Source: Halocafeteria seosinensis (lineage: Eukaryota). Taken from it: a stretch of DNA of 20,000 nt. Position numbers and translations under genes: made by a program. Numbering within the stretch: the stretch's first letter is position 1; each line of letters begins with the position of its first letter. Location: contig LVLI01000603.1 of NCBI GenBank assembly GCA_001687465.1, positions 44,450-64,449 of the forward strand, in the 5' to 3' direction. This document shows positions 11,025 through 19,204 of this stretch, one piece after another. Under the pieces are notes generated by a model that saw only the letters and a list, made by a program, of their open reading frames with translations, ran no database searches and was not told the origin of the DNA.

Positions 11025-12460
11025 TCACAAGGCGAATTGCTTCACGTTGGTTGGTGGGCGCTCCGCATTTCTATTCTTTTTCGTCTTAAACTTCTGCTCT
11101 CACTGAAGTCTTCGTAGATCTGCGCAGGGACAACGAAAATAATATGGACTTCGCAGTTGGTTGGAATCTCAGGAAATGCTGACTGGATTTTTTGAATCAG
11201 GCTTCTATACGAATGCATTTTAATGCCATGGAATTTGCTCACCGTTATCTGATATATACGGATAACTGCTGCGTTCTTGGAGGGGCTAGGCCACATGTCA
11301 GTCACTGCCTCTCTTTTCGATTCGGGGACGAATAAAGACGCTGTTTCTGACTGCTTCGCTTTCTCGGAGAGGTTGTGTCTGTGTAGTAAACTACCTGCAT
11401 CTTGGGAATAGAGGCTTCTGATGTCTGCCTTACAGACGGTGGTACAATCCTATTTTCATCTCCAGTTTTCTCTTCCAAGCACATTATGTGCGGTCTCTTT
11501 ATTCCCATTTCAGAAAGTATGTCAAGGCAAGCTTCTTCATGCAAAAATCCCCACTGTGCTCTCTGTCATCACTCGATACTTTGAGTCGATTCACAGCCTG
11601 CTGTATCTTATACTCCCGTATAAACTTAATTGATAACTGTTGTCTGACATAGTTGGTAGCAAGCGAGACTCCTTTAAAAATAAACGTGTCTTCGTAGCGG
11701 TCATCACGTCTGTCACTATTGCTTGCCTCATCACTATCATTTCCCTCAGATACGTCGTCTCTATCGCTTTCGTTTGGCTCATCATCCATTCCGTTATCAG
11801 TAGTTCCTGCGATGTTGTCAATACCATCGTTTGCTTGCAATATGACTTCGCTACCCACGTCATTCGCCTGGCTATCGGCGGATGCATTCCAATTGCCAGA
11901 TGTAGCTTCGCCCTCAGAAGCCGTACCGGTATCAGCAGTTGCTGCGTCGTTATCAATACCTTCGTCTGCTTGCAATATGGCTTCGCTTCCCACGTCATTC
12001 GCTTTGCTATCGCCAGCTGCATTCCGATTGCCAGATGTAGCTTTGCCCGCAGAAGCGGCACCGGTAGTTTCCGAACTTCCAGTTTCAATTTCATCGGTTC
12101 CATCAAGAGACAACGTGCCAATAGAAGGCACAAAATGCAACAATCTTTGAGAAGCTTCAGGTTTTGTTTCAAATTTGCTCCCCGAATTAAAGTCCACAAG
12201 TACGTTCATCAAATCGCTGCCTCCTTTGATATTGGCCAGTGCACTCGCCATATACCCTTCCGTAATTATCACTCCTTCGCTCATCGGCTTTTGAAACACA
12301 TAACGCGGAATGCCACCAAACATTGAAAACAAATTCAGCATAGCTCGACGAGTAACAGCAGGAAAGCAAAGCCTTCGACAACGAGACATCTCACGAACAG
12401 TCCACACAGGTATGGACATGTTATGCCCATGATCCTTTATGTACTGGCTTTGAGACATAC
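11025..12460 (-). pseudogene. Crinkler/RHS-type P-loop NTPase (C-terminal part) + PD-(D/E)XK restriction-endonuclease-fold protein; 5'-truncated with three frameshifts
   Basis: Motifs IPVWTVREMSRC..FSMFGGIPRYVF, SQRLLH, GFLHEEACLDIL, LFVPESKREAVTDMW, IYQITVSKFHGIK, IIFVVPAQIYEDF, QKFKT..VKQFAL occur in family order across -1 frameshifts near 11550, 11378 and 11099. No Walker A region is present. Confidence 0.8.
11795..12064 (-). repeat. Two-copy 135-nt (45-aa) tandem duplication inside the Crinkler-like frame
   Basis: TGAASAGKATSGNRNAAGDSKANDVGSEAILQADEGIDND versus TGTASEGEATSGNWNASADSQANDVGSEVILQANDGIDNI. ACCGGTA occurs at 11925 and 12060. Confidence 0.92.
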
Positions 12461-12550
12461 CCTTATTTGTATATGGGTACGTGATGGTCACGGAGAGCAA
12501 TTCTATCACGCCTAACCGTGTTGAAATCCGGGCTTCACAGTCCCCCAAAC

Positions 12551-12650
12551 TGGTAGTGAGTGGACGCTACTGGTAGTGAGTGGACGGTCCGCCCTGGGGG
12601 AGATTTTCCCCCATTGGTAGTGTGTGGACGCTGCTGGTAGTGAGTGGACG
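12551..12650 (+). repeat. Four 16-nt direct repeats in two pairs flanking a hairpin
   Basis: TGGTAGTG(A/T)GTGGACG at 12551, 12571, 12615 and 12635. Hairpin TGGGGGA-GATTT-TCCCCCA at 12595-12613. Confidence 0.92.
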
Positions 12651-13073
12651 CCGCAGATTTCCACCCCTCTTGCATGGCTCATAAAACGCGAAACTGCATA
12701 TACATGGGTATGTGCTGACTCTGTGGAGTTCAGTGATTTTGTATATGTGATTGGAGTTTTCATACGTGTATTGTGTGAGGAATCATAAAGTGGTGTAAGA
12801 GCGGGCTCCGGGAATGCCGGATCTTCAGGTTGTTCTGCGGTGCGAACGCTCAAATACAGGGGCTCAATCGACTGTCGACATCAATAGACACTTTGTGATC
12901 TTTAAACAAGCAGTGTTACACCCTTTGTGGTCCCACATCATACCAGTAGGGAATGACGTAACTGGTTCTCCGTGTGAACTACTGGGGTCGAGGGGAAGCG
13001 GGGGCTGTTCCGATTGTTTTGTATGATATCGACGGTTGTAGCTAGTCGGCATTTGGTATACAAGGGAAATAAA

Positions 13074-15080
13074 ATGGAACGTTTGCTTGCTGGCGTTTAT
13101 GGCCCAATTTGTGGGTCATGCTCTTCCGTGTTTTCTCCTAATAGTGATTCCTGTCGATCCCACCTAATTCAGTGCCACAAAGAGAGTGTATCACGGAACG
13201 CCTACCGTGGATGGTTGGACGCACAAACATTTGAGGAGGAGACTCCTCCCAATCGACTGGCAAGGGTGGATTCGAACCTCCCAATTTTGAATGGGCGGGA
13301 GTGTTGCCTCTGTAACAAAGTGTTTGCTGGCCGGCAGGGGTGGAACTCTCACAAGAGAGAACATGCTGTGGCCGCCAACCCCACTTACCGCTGTGTTAAA
13401 GCGCAAGCACATCCAGGGAACTGCTTACGAGCAGTGCGTGTAGCCTGTCAAGACGCCAGGGAGGGTCCGCGGTTTGGCCGCGTTCGGTTTCCGGATGCGT
13501 CTCTAAGCCCGGACAGGAGGATGCTGGAGCGTCGGTATGAAGGGCTGGTAAAGGACTCAGAGATATATAGAACCGAATTAGTTCGGTTCTATATGTCCTT
13601 GGGGCTGCATGCCGACGTTTCCAGAAGTAACGAGGAGTACTACGCGTACTTGCGTTCATTGTTTCAAGAGGTGCACTGCCCTTCGTTCAGAGAGGATTCT
13701 CAGCGGTGGTATGCATATAAGAATACAGTCACAAGGATCAGATTTCTCTGTACAAAGGGGGAGGAATTGCTGGATTTTGTTAGTGATGCATTTCGTCGTG
13801 GTATAATGATGCATACGTATGGAGATGGCGCGAACACTCAACGTGATGGCGAGGAAGTGGATCATTTGCAGAGGATGTCTACCGTGGCAGAGAACACGAA
13901 GCATAAATACGTGGCGGAAGTCGCCCAATGTTTTGTATTTCTCTGTCCAGGATTCTTTGAAAAGCATCCACAGTTTTCCCAGCAGGAGGTACCCATGCAT
14001 GCAGACGAGCAGGAGGACACCCTGTTTCAAAGCGTGTGTCATACGATGCTAGAACACACGCTGTTCGGAGAAACGGGTAAACTTAGAAATGGACTGATAC
14101 TAGCACAGCGTTCAAAAGTCTTGAGGTACTTCCAGGGGAGGGTACTTGACAAGAAGGATGGGGAGATCTTCTTCCGTCCTCCAGGGTGCGTCCAGCATCT
14201 AGCTGCGTCGTTGTTGTTTGTGCTACGTCATATTTGGATGCTTCACTCTGTTAATGGTGTGAAAGCGACGGAGACCGGGGCCGCTTTCGGGCAGAATAAG
14301 CTCATCGTTAAAGTAAAGTACCTTGCGTCAGCTGCTCGACAGATGGGACAACGGATGAATTTGAACATTGACGGTTCTCCAGAAAGAACCGAAGACGGTG
14401 CTCTTCTGGGCTATCGGATAGGAGGCGACATAATTAGTCGACCATTATTGGGGCGACTTAGAAAAAAATTGTTAAATAAAGTTCGGGAAGAAATGAAGAT
14501 GTTTTTCTTTGGTGAGGACGACGGGATGAACTCAGATGAACCGGAGGTTGTAGCCCTGAAACTGGTGATCGAGGGTAAAGGCGTGTGTGAAATTCGTGAC
14601 GCACAGCTCCAGTGTGTCGGTGCCAGCGAAAAGAAGCCTCTCAACCTTCGCATTTCCTCCGTACACATTGGTGGGAGCCGAACGGTTGGACTGCAGGAAA
14701 TAGTAGACCATTTGACCACTTCACCTATAAGAGACGCTGTTTTAGAAGATTTTTTTCCGCTTATGATGAATATGTTCGCTTTGGTGTATGTTACCGCTGG
14801 ACCTCCTGTAAGAGTCGAAGAACTCAGAAGGGTGGTTTTTGATGGCGACCAAGATAGATCGGTTCGGTCTCTTCCCAACGACCCTCGAATATTCCTAGCC
14901 ATCTCATCGAAGAAGTCCCACCGCAGACTGCAAACAGTTAAATTTTTGGATTGGGAAACTTCGCGTTTGTTTCTCCTCTTTTGCCTACTCGCAAAATGGG
15001 TGTATTTGGAGAAGTGGCAAGACACGGTGGACGATACTGTAGCACCCACATCTGAAGCGTTGCACCGGTTCCGGGATTAG
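13074..15080 (+). CDS. 668-aa intronless ORF: DUF3505-like double C2H2 zinc finger plus the start of a tyrosine-recombinase-like domain (telomere-linked-helicase/Crypton-like), C-terminally truncated
   Basis: ICGSCSSVFSP..CRSHLIQCH and NLPILNGRECCLCNKVF..WNSHKREH..YRCVKAQ. Later VYVTAGPPVRVEEL..DRSV..SSKK..VKFLDWETSRLFLLFCLLAKW resembles the TxGxPxRxxE..RN..K..RxLP..LL.YL block of fungal TLH-type proteins. It ends before any HxxR/Tyr motif. Confidence 0.7.
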   Translation: MERLLAGVYGPICGSCSSVFSPNSDSCRSHLIQCHKESVSRNAYRGWLDAQTFEEETPPNRLARVDSNLPILNGRECCLCNKVFAGRQGWNSHKREHAVAANPTYRCVKAQAHPGNCLRAVRVACQDAREGPRFGRVRFPDASLSPDRRMLERRYEGLVKDSEIYRTELVRFYMSLGLHADVSRSNEEYYAYLRSLFQEVHCPSFREDSQRWYAYKNTVTRIRFLCTKGEELLDFVSDAFRRGIMMHTYGDGANTQRDGEEVDHLQRMSTVAENTKHKYVAEVAQCFVFLCPGFFEKHPQFSQQEVPMHADEQEDTLFQSVCHTMLEHTLFGETGKLRNGLILAQRSKVLRYFQGRVLDKKDGEIFFRPPGCVQHLAASLLFVLRHIWMLHSVNGVKATETGAAFGQNKLIVKVKYLASAARQMGQRMNLNIDGSPERTEDGALLGYRIGGDIISRPLLGRLRKKLLNKVREEMKMFFFGEDDGMNSDEPEVVALKLVIEGKGVCEIRDAQLQCVGASEKKPLNLRISSVHIGGSRTVGLQEIVDHLTTSPIRDAVLEDFFPLMMNMFALVYVTAGPPVRVEELRRVVFDGDQDRSVRSLPNDPRIFLAISSKKSHRRLQTVKFLDWETSRLFLLFCLLAKWVYLEKWQDTVDDTVAPTSEALHRFRD

Positions 15081-15404
15081 GGTTTATTCTTGTTTATTCT
15101 TGTTACTTGGTACCTGCCAGTAGTCAGCCGCAGCTGCTACAGGTCAGACCTCAGTACCGTTATGGCGGTAAAGAGGATTAAAGATGCGTGCATGCGAGGG
15201 GTCTAAACAGTACGTGGTGAGTAAAGACAACTGCTCGCATGGGTAACGCTACGAAGAATTGGAGAACATAAAAGGAAATCGTAGAAGAGAAAATAATGTA
15301 ACAACAAAAATAAACCCAGTAGAAGCCAGTGGAAACTAGAGTCAAAGAAAAGAAAAAGAAAAAACCAAATTTTTGACACACCCTTATGGTTGAGCAGGTT
15401 TTCC
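15075..15404 (+). repeat. Right arm of a long inverted repeat
   Basis: CGAGGGGTCTAAACAGTACGTGGTGAGTAAAGACAACTGCTCGCAT and CACACCCTTATGGTTGAGC are exact reverse complements of sequence in 10483-10812. Confidence 0.95.
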
Positions 15405-15629
15405 TTCCTGAGGTGTCACCAGGCCTCAATTGGCATGGGATCAATACTAGAAATTAGCACTGTTGATCGGTCCCTAAAAGGGACGCACGGTGATCGTTGC
15501 TTGATTCTGTGCAAGCCGCTTCCGATTTGTTCTAAGGCGTTGAAGGACCTGCTCTTTTTGTGTGTCGGTGTAGGCACAAAATGGAGTCTTGTTGTCGCAC
15601 ACACACAAATGTGTGTGTTGGGGGGGGGT

Positions 15630-16822
15630 TGTTATCATTGGAAGCCAATCATATCTTCGATGGCCAGAATGTCGGCAGACGGATTTCAGGGGGCTATTCA
15701 CCATCAATGATACAGTGAGCGCATTTGACGAAGCTCCGATAGTAAAGCACATCCATAACATAGGAGGCTCAACAGTCAGCGACGGTGGTTTAATCGTCCG
15801 AAAGCAGCAAAGGTTTTTTAAGCTTCATGATTGCAGCTCTACTGGCAGCATTGCGGGGTCTTATTCGGCCCATGGAAATGGAGAAGCAGTTATTACAAAT
15901 TCGTTATCTATTGGAACCATTGGCGCCAGAGGTGGTGGGATTCTTGGTAGGAAAACGGGGTATACAGGAGGTGAAGATAATGTTAGCAACTGCCAAACAA
16001 CTGGAGATATTAGTTCCCGGGCCGGTGGTGTATGTGGGCTAAACACTGGAGCAGGAAGTGATCCAATTGTGTTTATCTTCCAGTTTTATTCGACGGGTAC
16101 TATCAAAGGAGTGATATTGTGGGTCCAGAAGCTGTATGATGTTCGGGAGTTTTGCACATGTCCCAGTGTATTACGGGAGGGGCAATATCAGCATGGTGGC
16201 ATCGCAGGGAGTCGCGCTGGAAACTCAGCGGGTGTCGTTACTATCGCGAATTCGTAAATAACACGAAACGAGATAATAATAGTGAAAATAGCGGTGGATA
16301 TGCACACAAGCAGCCGGTTACGATAACGGAAGTGTGATCATTAAGAACGTATATGCTTTATCCTCAACTGGAACAGTTCTGATTGGATCAACAGCTCTCT
16401 GGTGACAATGCCGCTGGCGCAATAGCAGTCCGCTACGCAGTTCATAACACAAGTACCGGTCATACAATGCAACATACATCGTTGGGGATGACAAAGGAAA
16501 TATCTTGCATGAGGGCGGTAACTCAGTTGATCTTGACACTATCCAGGGACAACTACACAGGGCGCAGGTAACAGACGACGGAGACGAACACGAATGGTCA
16601 AATACAATTTGGTTTGTGCCGAGAAGCGACCAATATCCCGAATTGCGATGGCGCTCCGAGCTACCAGAGATGGCACCCGCTTCCCCCACGCCGCGCAGAA
16701 GCATAACTTCTTTTCCAACATCTTCTTCATCGCCTAGAGTGACACAGTACCTCGAATTATCTGCCCAGTTTCCACAAAGAGTGGAGAATGAGTCTTTCAG
16801 AAAATGTTTGATATCGGGGTAG
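15630..16822 (+). pseudogene. Decayed GLUG-like Gly-rich repeat (beta-helical surface/adhesin-type) gene
   Basis: Repeats CSSTGSIAG, SLSIGTIGARGGGILG, NCQTTGDISSRAGGVCG, GGIAGSRAG. Fragments in other frames (LEANHIFDGQN; ICTQAAGYDNGSVIIKNVYA; EWSNTIW..DQYPEL followed by an S/P/T tail) are separated by frameshifts and stops. Confidence 0.65.
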
Positions 16823-17140
16823 CAAGAAGCTACACTCGCCAACGATAGTAACGCTTACACATGAACAACATGTCCTGAGTCGATAAACTCAAGTGTACAA
16901 TACACATTGTGCCAGTTTCAGAGCACAGTCATTGTGTAGCGTGCAAGCGAGTAATCGAAGATAGAAGCTCTTGGAAGTGGTAAGCTCCGCGTGTATACAC
17001 ACTCCCCCCCCCCGAACGAATTCGCGCTTCTCCGCCAGCCCTGCCACCATATCTTTCCGCACGTAGAGAAGCCGGTATAGTCAGGCACCGAGCAGAAGGC
17101 TCATATATCCAAACCCAGAATATTCTACGACGACGAGTCA

Positions 17141-19204
17141 CTACCTTTTCTTCTTCTTAGTGGGCCGTTTCTTCTTCTTTTGAACGTTCGTTTTTTCTCC
17201 CTTCGCCCCACAGCTGATTGAAGGATCAGCGGAGATATTCCGCATCGCATTCATCATCTGAAACCAATCCTCCGGCATGGCCTCTGCTGCGCAAAATGAT
17301 GCCCCGGTGTTCCATCCCAAGCATTCAATTACATCAGAGAGGTTGTTAGAGCATTGGAGTAACTCTTGTAATCCCGCGGCTCGATGATATTGTTCCTCAA
17401 TTTGCTTTACACTCTCTTCTAGATCATCAGGTGTGTCCGCATCCGCATGTACTTGCGACTCAGGTTCCCAAAGTCTTTCGATGCATACCTCCCAGATCTG
17501 CTGAGCAACATCTTTCCATTGTTGCTCGTAAATTTGTTTGATATCAGGATCAGAAATGCCTCTCGTCTGCTTCTGTAAAAGGTTTTGGATCTTTGGTACC
17601 TCGAAGTGCGAAACAGTATCGATCTCCCGTTGCAATTGTTCCAATTTTATTTGCTTCTGCTGACGCTGAAGCAACGTAGCCTTTTCACGTTCAGCTTGCT
17701 TCAAAGCTTTGTTGAGTTCTTCGTCTTCTTCTACTGTTGTAGCAACATAGGTTGGAGCGAAAGTGCCAGTCTTGGATTTCTCTAATGTTTGAGATTGGGA
17801 GGACTGGAGGGCCACGTTCTGTCGTCTCCCGGGTGCGGACATTGAGCCAGCTTGACCGCTCCTTTGTTCACGAAAACGCATTTTAAGCTCCTGGACTACT
17901 TCGCCAAGGAAAGCGCGGACAGCAGATGCAGTCTCAGGAACACTACATTGTACCCTTCTACCGTAGTGCCGTAGGCAACGGCAAAATTCAAGTGCATCCG
18001 TGACGCCGTCCGAGGTTTCTGCGATTACACCAGCCAAATGATCAGCAATTGCATACGCATTTACCCTCCATGAGGATGCTTCATTCGTAGCAGTCGCTGA
18101 TAGTCCTTCCACCATGGCTCTACAGAGTAGCTCCAATACAGCATAGTCGACTCTGCCCGTCACCATAAGAACGTTCTCTTCAGCCATGACACCATCTACG
18201 TCTAATTGTACAATAGCGTTGATTAGAGGCTTCCACTGAGCAGATGCGACATCCCTTGTTGACTCATCAGCAGAAAGAGGTGACGATATGCTAGGCTTCC
18301 CAAGCGGATTCTCTGTTTGTCCGCCAGCGTCATGAGTTTCTGTCGGCATAGGCTTGATATTGAGTTCACTCGCCTCCACAGCTTTGACCTTTGCCCGACG
18401 TAGTTTTTTATAAACTAGCTGCGTCTCTTGGTAAGTAGGCCGTCCGGTGACGAAAGTTATCTTGCGAATCCGGTCATCAGTCGGTTGTAGGATACATCCT
18501 TCCAAGTTTTGAAAATGTCGTAACAGTGAGTCCCGGGAGTCGGGACCAAATGATCTCAGACGGACGCTTACGTTGTAACGTTGAGCTCTTTGTTGAGTCG
18601 TGGCGGTTGTGCCGGCGGCGCTTCATCTTGCTTCCTTTCTCCTCATTTTCATAAAAGTGCTCATCTCCCTCGGGAACTTGTTCGAGCTGTTCTTGGCGTA
18701 CGCTCTTTCAACAACAAAGCTCGGCGCTTGTCCGCCCACCTGCTGGCCAAAGAGTTTATTCATGTTCCTGCGAGAAGCCCCAATGAAAATTCTACCACAA
18801 CATGCCAAAAGAGGACGAAGGGAGGCGAGTAATTCATGGATTTGAGTTGCCAGCAATATCTCATTGTTTCTCCGTATCTGTGCGCCCATGCTTGTCGCCT
18901 TTGCTCCTGTGGCATCCTTTGAAGATTGAGACCCTCCCTGCTTTTTCCTTGCTGTGTATTTATGCAAGGTTTTGTGAAACAGGGAAATGACTTCGGGGGT
19001 ATCCTCTCGAGACAGTCTCTGCGTTACTGCCTCCAGGTCTTCTGCCGAATCACTTCGTAAGGTAGCACGTAGATGCTTTTCATCACGCCTACAATGCTCT
19101 CTATAGCTCTCTATCGTATCAAAATGCTCATTACAGCGGTGGCATGACACCCCTCCGCCACCAGGAGGAAGGCTTTCGGAGGCTCCTATAGACGAGGCTG
19201 CCAT
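17141..19204 (-). CDS. ANKZF1: Vms1/ANKZF1-like ribosome quality-control factor (C2H2 finger + VLRF1 domain + coiled-coil tail), ~645 aa, 3 exons
   Basis: Exons 19204-18740, 18686-18572, 18498-17141 join in frame (introns GTGGGC..AACAG and GTAAGC..GGAAG). Motifs CHRCNEHFDTIESYREHC..H, HKTLHKYTARKKQGGSQSSKD..SMGAQIRRNNE, RIFI, DDRIRKITFVTGRPTYQE. Confidence 0.85.

Larger units (their letters stand above)
10483..15404. mobile_element. Degenerate mobile unit bounded by ~330-bp inverted repeats, containing a Crinkler-like pseudogene and a ZnF/tyrosine-recombinase-like ORF (one composite element or two head-to-head defective copies)
   Basis: Inverted repeats are seen directly. The ORFs are intronless in an intron-dense genome, one carries a recombinase-like motif, and there is an internal repeat/hairpin block. 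True termini are uncertain. Confidence 0.7.

Noticed and set aside
11095..11555. Programmed -1 ribosomal frameshifting in the CRN-like gene
   Set aside because: No canonical X XXY YYZ heptamer at the breaks. Three shifts plus 5' truncation indicate decay.
11591..12326. Overlapping long ORFs in other frames and strands (11591-12199, 11640-12326, 11719-12150)
   Set aside because: Shadows of the low-complexity duplicated insert, with no recognisable motifs.
12551..12650. CRISPR-like array
   Set aside because: Repeats are 16 nt with 4-nt and 28-nt spacers, there are no cas genes, and the context is eukaryotic.
14411..15049. 212-aa antisense ORF
   Set aside because: Antisense shadow of the 668-aa ORF, with no motifs.
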